Assembly: GCF_009914755.1 (NCBI RefSeq) | Contig: NC_060932.1 | Reading direction: 5' to 3' (one strand) | Source of the DNA: the human T2T-CHM13v2.0 reference genome, Homo sapiens | DNA: 64,000 nt | Part shown: positions 12,840 to 23,575 of the stretch, in pieces | How the letters are laid out: every line of letters begins with the position of its first letter | Numbering within the stretch: the first letter of the stretch is position 1 | Notes under the pieces: generated by a model | The model's input: the letters and a program-made list of their open reading frames with translations, nothing else | Database searches by the model: none | Told to the model about the DNA's origin: nothing | Program-made: the position numbers and the translations under genes

Positions 12840-13385
12840 ACGGATTAAGCCGTAGCAGCGTGACAGTGACTGGAACCTGGGTATTGCTACCCATGCGCGT
12901 GGGGCTGCAAGCTACCACCTTAACCGCAAAGGCCAAGAAACGTGGAGCGGAGAAAAGGAGGGAGATGAAACATGCAGAAGGAAAGATAGGGAAGAGACAA
13001 AGGAAGAATTTTGGATGCGGATTCTTAGACTAGATTACCGGGGGTGGCGGAGGGCTGGCAAAGCCTAGAAGTGCACAAAGGATGTTGAACAAGCTTCAGA
13101 CGAGAGTTAAAAAAAAGTATCAGCGTAGAAGGAATTGTGTCTGCCTAGGAAAAGGGTGTGGCAAGAGGAGGAGCGGCACTTGCGGAGAGCTCGGAACACT
13201 CCGCCGAGAATGACTTTTGGAGCCATTTGGCAGAGATTAGGGAAAAGAATAAGTGGACACGCTCCAGTTATGAAGAAAAGACATATGGGGATTTAGATTA
13301 TGAACAGACGGAAGAGGAAGAATGAGGAATCATTCTTTGGAGATAAAGACTCTCCGGAACAGAAGCGATGCTGAAATGCGTAAGT
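12840..13385 (+). promoter_or_regulatory. Candidate CpG-enriched promoter / non-coding first exon ending in a 5' splice site
   Basis: About 25 CpGs in ~550 bp of apparently unique sequence; TGC|GTAAGT at 13380. Confidence 0.35.
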
Positions 13386-13609
13386 CGACAGTAATGACGG
13401 ATCCCTTTCCTTTTATGGCACTTTACAGTTTATAAAGCACTTCCACCTGTGTGGTCTCACATTCTTCTGGCAGCACATCCAGGTTCTTACATAATGACAG
13501 CTGGGAGAAGAACTGGTGAGAAAGCTCCCTGTGAAAAGAAGGAGGCAGGATAGGAGGGAGGGAAAGAATGATCACTTGGATTCATCCATTTATGAAAATA
13601 AATGGAGGG

Positions 13610-13795
13610 GCAGTGTGCACAGCACAGCAGTTAGGCGTGAAGAGTCTACAGGCAACTCTCTGGGTTCAAATCCCTGCTCTATCACTTAATAGCCGTGTGA
13701 CCTTGGGCACATTACTTAACCTCTCTGTACCTTGGTTTCCTTAGGTGCAAAGTGGGGGTAATCACAGTACCAATTTCTAGGGGTTTTATGATGAC
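13610..13795 (+). mobile_element. MIR SINE
   Basis: 'ctgggttcaaatccctgctctatcacttaatagccgtgtgaccttgggcacattacttaacctctctg'. Confidence 0.85.
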
Positions 13796-14445
13796 TTATC
13801 TTTCTTCTGCTTATAGGTGTCTGACAGAGCTAGGAAACCACTTGGGGAAAAAGTGGGAACACCCTTATTAGAAAGTAAATTTCTCTATGGTATTATAGAT
13901 ACTATGTATTTTTAAAATAACATTTGTCGAGGCAAAAGATTTGGTGTTTAATCCATTCAGGGGAGGTGCTTTGGAGTTGGTAATGGAAATGAATACGTGT
14001 GCAAAATCCAACACAGGAGGCAATTTAACCATAGACATGTCAACTGGAGGACTGAAAGTGCCTTCGTGGTATTTCGAGACCTGGAAAACGTTCTGATTTT
14101 TTGGTCTCTGTGTAAAATGTGGACGTGTGTGGGCCCCGCTGCCAGGACCTACCGAGGGGCTTCATCTGCCTGCCCACACTGCACAATGCCAACTGTCTCT
14201 AGAATATTACTAATGTCTGCATGGGCCCAGTGAGACCTCTCTCACCTGCACCCCTGCAGACACAGCCTCCAGGTCAAACCTTAGTATGGTGGCTGGAGTT
14301 CACAACCAGACAACAGCTTCCTCTGCTATTCCCTGCCTTCCTCCATTCCACACACTGTGGCTCAGGCCTCCCAAAGCCCAAAGATGGAGTCAGAGCACCC
14401 CCCGAGCAGGTGTCAACCACTCTTCTTCACTGCAAAATTCCCGTA

Positions 14446-14523
14446 TGAGCTTCCGCATGGTGTGTGGTCTGAGCATAACTCAGTGAGCTTCTGCATGGTG
14501 TGTGGTCTGAGCATAACTCAGTG
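14446..14523. repeat. 38-bp tandem duplication
   Basis: tgagcttc(c/t)gcatggtgtgtggtctgagcataactcag twice, one mismatch. Confidence 0.95.
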
Positions 14524-15811
14524 CTTGGCACACGGATAGGCCTGTTCATGGCAGCTTTTTGATAATTTTGGGTTGTGGAGTCTTCTGTCCCAAAGGGCTG
14601 GCTTAGAAACTGAGAACCAAGGAGGGTGGTGAGTGTGCCCAGGGGTACCCCCTAGAGTTCACCCTGAGACCTGGAGTGCCCGGCAACATCTAGAAAGGGA
14701 TCACTCTCCTCCACTTCCAGCAGGCGCAGTTTCGGGAGAGGCAGGCGAACAGGACGTCTGGTGACAATACGTCCTCAGAGCTCCTTGAGAAGGTCTAAGT
14801 ACAGTAATTTGTTGTAATGACTCAAATTTAAAACAATAACCCAGAGGCATAATAGCCTGGGCCAAGAATACCTCCTGCATGTGATGGGCCGTTAATGGGA
14901 AATGAACGGTTTGATTTGGTGGCAGAGAATTTTCAGATGGCTTTCACTCTGGATGTGTAGCGTGCGGTGTAGAGAGTGAAGTTTCCTATCGGGGTTAATT
15001 TGGACCACTTCCTCTCTGCCTACTGAGAGCCATTCTTCTGATGGAGGCCCCTTTACTGCGCCACTCTCCCAGCAACTTGAAGCAAATCTCTGAGGCCTCA
15101 CTCCTGTGTTCCTTCTCTCTCATTTTTTCCCTCCCTCTTCCCTCTCCACCGCCATCTCAGCGAAGCTGCTACTTCAGAGCCACTCTTCTTAGTGACAGCC
15201 AGGGGAGTAAATCTATTTTAGCTGTAGGGCATGTGTCAGCCAGGTGGAGAGGTGACGAGACAGTGTGGAAATCTGCCCAGACCACGGGAGACCTGGCGGC
15301 CATCCCCAAAGCTCCCATGGGACACAGAATAGGCAGATCCAGCAGGCAGTGACTGTGGTAAGGTCTCCCCGCTGAACAGCAGAAGGGCTGCTACTGGAAC
15401 CCAGCTCCACTCTCCTTCCCCTCTCTCTGGAGGACTTCCTACCTCTGACAGCATTGACTTAAGAGCCTGGCAACCATCTCTCAGGAAGGCCTGGGTTTAG
15501 AGGGCCTCATGTTTCAAAAACAGCATAGAATCTTAAAAGTCACTGAGCCCAACTGCTCACCCAGGGAAATGGTTCTCTTTCTTTCCTTTTTAGGCCTCAC
15601 TCCTCCTTCCTGGTATTGCCTTCCAGGTACCCACTGTGGACCCACTCAGGCAGCATCACCAGGCCTCCATGTGCCAGCATCAGCCTGTGCTTCCCCATCA
15701 ACACGGCCATCCTCACAGATCCCTTCACTCTGCAAATGCTCTTAGGGGACTTCCCAAGAAATTAATCTCTAAGGGTAGAATCCTACATTATCATTACGAC
15801 AGGCCAAAAGG

Positions 15812-16782
15812 AACACACACACACAGACACACAGAGTGACACACACATATGCACACACATATACAAAGACATACATAGATATATACACTGAGAAAGATAC
15901 AGATGCACACACATACATATGCAGAAACATACACAGACACACACACACCACCTGCACACAGATATAGAGATACACAGACACACACACCAACACCTGCACA
16001 CAGATACAGACATACAGAGACACACATAGGGACACACACAGACACACACCAATAATTGCACACAGATATAGACATACCTAGACACACATAGAGACACACA
16101 CAGGCACACACACATACACACCTACACACAGACACAGACATACATAGACACACATAGAGACATACACAGACACACACCAACAATTGCACACAGATATAGA
16201 CATACATAGACACACATAGAGACACACACAGGCACACACACATACACACCTACACACAGACACAGACGTACATAGACACACATAGAGACATACACAGACA
16301 CACACCAACAATTGCACACAGATATAGACATACATAGACACACATAGAGACACACACAGGCACACACACATACACACCTACACACAGACACAGACATACA
16401 TAGACACACATAGAGACATACACCGACACACACACCTGCACACAGATACAGACATACACAGGCACACATAGGGACATACACAGACACACACACCAACACA
16501 TACACACAGATCCAGGCATATACAGAACACACACAGAGACATACACAGACACGTACCCCAACACCTGCACACAGATACAGACATACAGAGACACACATAG
16601 AGACACACACAGACACACACATACACCAACACCTGCACACAGATACAGACATACACAAACATAGAGGCATACACATACACACCACTTATACAGACATACA
16701 CAGACACACATAGAGACATACACAGACACACACAGACACACCCAAATACCCACACACTGACACACACAGGGAGACAGACACA
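15812..16782. repeat. CA-rich complex tandem array with 128-bp higher-order period
   Basis: Marker AATTGCA recurs at 16054, 16182 and 16310. Confidence 0.93.
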
Positions 16783-16901
16783 GTTTTTTGTGGGAGACTT
16801 TTACAACTCAGCACTAAGAACGCTGGTTTCATGATTCCTTGAAAGAAAATAATTTCTTTGTGGAGAGTCAACATATTCAGTCCAATACAGCAAATGGCCC
16901 C

Positions 16902-17697
16902 TGTAATGGGTTGAACCATGTATTCCAAAAAGCCATATTCAAGTCCTAACCTTGGTACCAGTGAATGTTGTTACCTTATTTGAAAATAGGTTCTTTGCAG
17001 ATATAATAAGGCAAAGATGAGGTCATACTGGATTAGGGGGTGATATGGTTTGACTGTGTCCCCACCCATATCTCATCTCAAATTGTAATCTGCTTAATCC
17101 ACAAGTGTTGAGGGAGGGACCTGGTGGGAGGTGATTGGATCATGGGAGTGGTTTCCCCCATGCTGTTCTCGTGACAGTGAGGGAGTTCTCACAAGAGCTG
17201 ATGGTTTTATAAATGGCAGTTTCCCATGGGCTTTTCTCTCTCACCTGCTGCCTTGTGAAGAAGGTGCCTGATTCTCCTTCTGCCATGATTGTAAGTTTCC
17301 TGAGGCTTCCCCAGTCATGTGGAACTGTGAGTTAATGAAACCTCTTTCCTTTATAAATTACCTATTCTCAGGCGTGTCTTTATAGCATGTGGACCCTAAC
17401 CCAGTGACTGGTGTCCTTATAAGAAGGGGAGAGGAGGGACACATGCACACACACACACAGTGAAGTATGCTGCATGATGAAGGCTGAGATGGCAGTGCTG
17501 TCAAGGGATGCCAAGGCAGCCACCAGAGGCAGGAAGAGGCAAGCAGAATTCTCCCCCAGAGCCTTTAGCGCAAGATGGCCCTGATGACATCTTGATTCCA
17601 GACTGTGTCTTCCAGAACAGTGAGAAAATAGATTTGTGTTGTTTTAAGTCACTAGGTTTGTGGCCATTTGTTAAAGCAGGTGCGGGAAACGAATGTG
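16902..17697 (+). mobile_element. MLT1B/C-type MaLR LTR, interrupted by THE1
   Basis: 'tgtaatgggttgaa...gatgaggtcatactggattaggg' resuming as 'accctaacccagtgactggtgtccttataagaag'. Confidence 0.85.
17041..17387 (+). mobile_element. THE1D-type MaLR LTR, 3' end clipped
   Basis: 'tgatatggtttgactgtgtccccaccc...ctttatagca'; terminal GACTAATACA absent. Confidence 0.87.
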
Positions 17698-18744
17698 ATC
17701 CCTAAATGCTCACTGAGTGCCAGGCTGGTGCTCTTCCAGAGGCAAGACCTAGCAGGGGATGAAGCTTGCACAGCCCTGGCCTCAGGGAGCTCCCCACGCT
17801 CTCTTCAGAGGGCTCTGGAGCGCTCAGCCCTGATGGAGGTTTGCCCTCATTCCCTCCCAGCAGCATCCACATCAGCTCCACTTCCCTTTCATGCAGCTCT
17901 ACTGTGGACTGGGCATCCTCCACCCATCCAGCATGGGGCTGAGAGCCAGTGGAAGGTGGTCCCGTCCCCTCCAGACAATGACTTCTCTAGGAGTGTGGGA
18001 AAGTATTTGGCTTTGGTGTTGAATAGGCCCCAGTTTTAAATCCTCACTCCATCACTTAGCAGTTAAAACTTCCATTTCCTCATGTGTACAAAGGGAATAC
18101 TTGGATGTTGACAGGAAATTGAGAGGCAGATTCCAGAGACAGACAGATGGACCTAGGTCCTCTCATCTCCCTTTCTACTGACCACTTGCAAACAGTGTGA
18201 CCTTGAGCAAATTGCTTACCTTCCTAGGTCTCAATTTCCTCATCAATAAAATAGGAATTTGGATGGCATTGGTCCCATATCAGGGCTGTGAGTATGGACT
18301 GTCATACCTGTAAGATGCTTACATGAATTCCTGGAAAATAGAAGGTGCTTGATAAAGAGTCGCTGTTATTATCATTTTACTAGTAAGGAAACCGAGTCCC
18401 AGAGAGGTGTTAGAGGCTGCGCTGGTCGTGATATCATTCTCAGGCTGATGGAGTCTCTGAATAGCACTGGATTGCTCATTTGAGAAGTATTCATCAAGAG
18501 GCTGTACTTCATGCCATTAAAAGTCCCAACCTGAAATCAGACAGCCCTAAATGCCATCTCAAAACTTATTAATTACAAGCTATGTGACCTTGAGCTTGTT
18601 AGTTAAACTTTGTGGGCCTCAGTTTTTTCACCTATGCAGTAGAGATATCAACCTCATTGGGTTGTGAAAGGGGTGACATTAGGATAAATGTTAATACTTA
18701 ACCACACATTGTAAGCGTTCATGAATGTTTGTGGCTATTTGTAT

Positions 18745-19302
18745 TTGTTAGGATTAACTTCAGCTGTATGTAACTAAATAATAGTGGCTTTAAAAGCCCC
18801 CAGATTCATTTTTCTCTGTCAAAAGAGTACGGAGACAGGCAGTCCAAGAATAATAAGACTGAGTCACAAAGTCACCAGGGACCCAGGCTCTACCTGTGTT
18901 TCTGCTCTGACATCCTCAGTATGTGGCTTCTATGCTCAAGGCTATAGCGTGACCCAGTGCTGCTGCTGGAGATGCAGCTGTCCTGTCCATTATCTGAACA
19001 GCCCAAGGGAGGAGGAGGTGTGTGTGGGGATGCGGGAAACACTCTCAGTTGAGCTGGCTCTCTTTCTTTTTCTGCATCTTTATTGAGGTACAGGTGACAC
19101 CCGTCAGCTCCATTTAAGGGTCCATCCCTCAAGTCAGCTCTTTGCTTCAATCTCATTGGCTGGGACCTCATCATGTGGTCACATCTGTCTGCAAAGGAGG
19201 CTGGGAAATAGAGTCTTATGGCTGCCGGTAGTCAAATTCAGGCTCCATGACTAAATATAAAGGGTAAATGGACATCAGGAAGGCAAATACCAGCCTCTGC
19301 TA
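18745..19302 (-). mobile_element. LTR33-like ERVL LTR
   Basis: 'cagggacccaggctc', 'ctcattggctggga...ctgcaaaggaggctgggaaat'. Confidence 0.65.
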
Positions 19303-20387
19303 GATTGTTGTTATTGTTTTTATAGTTGTTATTCTCATATGCCAGGAACCTATCCTTTAGGAATTTTCTATTTTTAATGCAATGTTATAAATATTGTGAG
19401 AGAGGTGCATAGTAAGGGATGTGGAGCGCTTGGTGGGGAAGGATGAACTTGATCTGAGGCATCAGGGAAAGCTTCACAGAAGTGATGTTCAAGGTGAGCA
19501 TGATGTTTAAGTGATTTGCTAGGATTACACAAAGGGCATGGAATTCCTAGCAAAAGGCACGCCATACATAGAGTCTTGTTGTTTCATGAGCCTGGTGCTT
19601 GGCTGCTTGGAATTTGGCTTGTTGGAAATTGTGCTACTGACGGACAGGACAAACTTCCAGGGGTTATCCTGGCACATCTCTGATGCACATAGTCTCCAGG
19701 GCAGGTGGTGAGGGGTGATGAACCCTGCTATCCATGAAGGTTCCCTGATTCTCAATTCCGATTTCACCAGACAGCCATCTATTTGTTAAATTAAAACCAG
19801 CCGGTTATTGAAAGAAACATATTTATTGAGAATTAACTGCCATGTGCAAAACGGGTATTTACTACCTACTTGTCAAACATCAGTGAATTTGTGTTTAATA
19901 GTCATTTTTTTCAATTAACTGACAAAAATGCATCCCGTTAATTCTAAATTAAATGCATATTTGCAGAACTCTAATTCACAACATCATCAAATCATGTCTT
20001 CCCAGCCAGTTTCTGATAGTTTTGTGTTGATGAAAGAATCTCAGTTGTTGTCCTTAGAGACAAATATTTTTTGTATGGATAAGCAGTTGTAACCTGGATT
20101 AGCAGACAAGAGTCTCTTTTTTCTATTCACCTCTTCCCTGTTTTCTTCCCTTCACTCCTAAATCCTTCATGTACTACAGGCACCTGGAGGGTGCCTCTAG
20201 CTGGAATGATTTTGGATGATCTAAGTTGATGGTTTAAACTTTACCTCTGTCTTTAACCTCCCAGTGATAGAAGTTCTTGGAAAACTTACCAAGCAGTAGA
20301 TCTCCTTTCCCTAAGGTGCAGGACAAGATCACAAGGCTAGGAGTCAAACAATCTGGGAGGTTTTGACTTTTCTTCTTCTTTTTTTTT

Positions 20388-20575
20388 TTTTTTTTTTTTT
20401 TTTGAGGCTGAATCTCGCTACAGGCATGCACCACCATGCCCAGCTAATTTTTTTTTAGGGACTGGATCTTGGCTATGTTGCCCAGGCTAGTCTCGAACTC
20501 CTGGCCTCAAGCAGTCTTCCTACCTTGGCTTTCCCAAGTGGCTGGGATAATAGGTGTGGACCACTATGCCAGGCT
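20388..20575 (-). mobile_element. Internally deleted AluJ-like element
   Basis: Poly-T, a few bases of the right arm, then linker and left arm. Confidence 0.8.
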
Positions 20576-20670
20576 AATTCTGAATTTTGTTATGTGACCT
20601 TGGATAAGCCCTTTTCTTCCTTAAAGCATTTGTATCAGAATGAAGCTAAGCAGGTTTCTTCACTGCAGCA

Positions 20671-20747
20671 TTTTTTTTTTTTTTGAGACGGAGTCTTGCT
20701 CTGTTGCCCAGGCTGGAGTGCAGTGGCACGATCTCAGCTCACTCACT
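20671..20747 (-). mobile_element. Short Alu 3' fragment
   Basis: T14 then 'gagacggagtcttgctctgttgcccaggctggagtgcagtggcacgatctcagctcact'. Confidence 0.88.
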
Positions 20748-21702
20748 GTGTCATTTTTAAAGAGAAATTTCTACGTTAATGTGCAAGAGAACCTCCAGTT
20801 GGGAAATGGGTATAGTTTTTCTAAAGCTTCTTTGACCACAGAACATTTTTTGTTACTGGATCATCTGGTGGATTGGTGATATGAGAAATACGTTTTGATA
20901 AAGGGTAGGAAGGATGATTTCTAGGGTCATCTGGCTCTAGCATTTTAGGATTTTGTTTCCTAGTCCAGAAACTGGAGCCAGCTTCCAAAGGATGACTTGG
21001 CAATACAGGCCTCTCTGCCCACCAGACTCTCCTACTTCTGCCCCCAACTTCTGGCCAGATTCGAGGAGATGCGAAACATTGCCTGGCATCCTCAGAAGCC
21101 CTGCCCTTTGGAAATCTGCCAGACAAGAATAGGAATGGAGTGATCTCTGGAGCCTGCTCCCTCCCTGCTGCATCCAGCTGCACTTAGCATTCAGCTCCTG
21201 GCCTTCCCCAGCGCAGCAATTACATGCTCAGCATCCACCTCAGAAATATGTAAGTGGTAACAAATGCCCTGAGGGTTCATTATCATCCAGCAGTGCAGAC
21301 AGTACTTGCGTGGGGACATGGGGCACCTTACAGAAGGCAGTGATTTCTCTCCTCGCTGGCTGAGCCATGTGACTGCACATATGCTGAAATTGCAATGAGA
21401 GGGGCTGCAGAGCCCACTCTCCTTGGCACAACATTGCTGTGGCTGCTAGTATGGCTGCCTTTGCACAAAGCGACTACTGCACACCCTCCAGACAACTCAG
21501 CATCAGTGGGGACTCCCCACCACCGCCATAGCTGGTAGAGCAGTCTCTACCTAGCCAAAGAGGAGACTTCACTGACAATCCGTAATCAAACAGGGCAAAG
21601 CTCCTAGAAGCCTCAGAAAATGCATGCCCCCAGGAGTCCTCACAGAGGTTTGCTGATACCCTGGCTGTCCCTTCCCAGTCCAGGATCTTTTAGGTCATTA
21701 AA

Positions 21703-22508
21703 ATAGTGGGTCTAATGTCTCAGGATGCTTTTACATTCTTAGAAATTATTGAGAATCCAAAATACTCTGCTATGTGCTGATTATTATTATTATCATTATT
21801 TTATTTTTTGAGACAGGGTCTTGCTCTGTTGCCCAGGCTGGACTGCACTGATACAATCATGGCTCACTGCAGCCTCCATTCCCTGGGCTCAAGCAGTCAT
21901 CCAACCTCAGCCTCCTGAGTAGCTGGGACCACAGTCATATGACACTATGAGCTGCTAATTTTTAATTTTTTGTGGAGATGGGGTCTCACTATGTTGCTCG
22001 GGCTGGTCTTAAGCTCCTGGGCTCAAAGTGATCCTCCCATCTTGGCATTTGAAACTATTGGGATTACATGAACTATCCATGCCTGGTCGATATGCTGGTC
22101 ATATTAATTGGCATTTGTTAAAGTAGACATTATAACTGAGAAACCAAAAAAATTTATTAATTCATTTCAAAATAAGACAAATATATGCCTTGTGAGTTAG
22201 TATAAATAGAACACTTTTTTCTTCCGTAAAAGAACTATATTTTCCAAAGCAAACAACACATGTGTCAAGAAGAGTGGCTTTGTTTTACACTTTTGCAAAT
22301 CTTTGTAATGTCTGGCTTAGTAGAAGACAGCTAGATTTTGTTATTTCCTTCCTAAGTCATCTGTCACGATATGTTGTTTTGGTTGAAGTATATGAAGATG
22401 ATCCAGCCTCATACAGGTATATATCTGAGAAAGGGAAGACCTCTCAGGCCCTCCTGAACAGGTCTTGCGGATGCCCAAGGGTCCCCAGCCACACTTTGAG
22501 AACCACTG
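21703..22508. mobile_element. MER119/Charlie7-like hAT DNA transposon, interrupted by Alu
   Basis: 'ttttgcaaatctttgtaatgtctggcttagtagaagacagct'; terminal 'cacactttgagaaccactg'. Confidence 0.7.
21781..22088 (-). mobile_element. AluJ-like
   Basis: Antisense dimeric Alu with (TTA)n tail. Confidence 0.92.
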
Positions 22509-22674
22509 ATCTAGTGTATACCTTGTCGGGAGATGATGTGGTGGGGTGGTATTGCATTTAGGTGGTCTATACAGCAGAGAAGCAGCCACTTCTCAGATCA
22601 CATGTGCTTCTTTTGCCTGGGCTATTGCTCTAGCCTCCTAGATTGTCTTCTGAACTCTATTTTTCTTCCTTAAA

Positions 22675-22973
22675 ATTTTTTTCCTTTTGGAGACAGGTTC
22701 TCACATTGTTTCTCAGGCTGGAGTGTAGTGGCACAATCATAGCTCATTACAGCCTCAATCTCTTTGGCTCAAGCAATCCTCCTGCCTCAGCCTCCTGAGT
22801 GGCTGGGACTACATGTGTGCACCATTGTGCTTGGCTAATTTTTAAAAATTGTTTTAGAGACAGGATCTTGCTATGTTGCCCAGGCTGGTCTCGAACTCCT
22901 GGCCTCAAGGGATACTCCCATCTGAGCCTCCCAAAGTACTGGGATTATAGGCATGAGCTGTTGTGCCCAGGTC
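22675..22973 (-). mobile_element. AluJ-like
   Basis: Antisense dimeric Alu. Confidence 0.92.
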
Positions 22974-22984
22974 CTATTTGTATC

Positions 22985-23575
22985 CCTTTATAAGCATCCT
23001 CCACACAAAATCCAGAGTGAGCTTTTCAGAGATAAGTTGAATTTTATCACTCCTTGGCCCACAAGCTCTGGATGGTTCCCATCACACTTAGACTGAGGTC
23101 CCATCTTATAGGCCTGTGTGCCCTGGTCCTTGCCTCAGCCTCTTACCTTGTTTCTCAGTTCTCTCTCCCTTGCTGGCTTTGCTTTAGCCATTCTGGCCCT
23201 TTCTATCTCTGTGAACATATGAGGATCAGTCCCGATTTGGGGCTCTTGTCCAATCTGTCCCCCTCTCTGGCTACTCTTCCCTTGGACATTGGCATGGCTG
23301 GCTTATTCTTGCATTTAGATTTCAGCTTAAGTGTCATCAACATGGATTCACACTTATTACCCTCTTTTGTTTTCCTTATAGCCTTTGTCACTATCTGCAA
23401 TTGTCTTCATTATTTTGTTTACTTTTTAATGATATCTCTCCATGTGAGGAAGTAAGTTCTATTGGAGCAAGAACTTTATCTTATTTAATACTGTATTTTC
23501 AATACAGTATTAAATGTTTGTACAGCATCTGGCATGTAGTCGATGAGCAGTGAATATATTTGAATGCACGAATGA
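22985..23575 (+). mobile_element. L2 LINE 3' region
   Basis: 'ccagagtgagctttt...cccatcacacttaga...ctggcatgtagt...tttgaatgcacgaatga'. Confidence 0.75.

Noticed and set aside
15769-16928. Overlapping Cys/Val-rich ORFs
   Set aside because: Translations of the TG-rich strand of the CA array.
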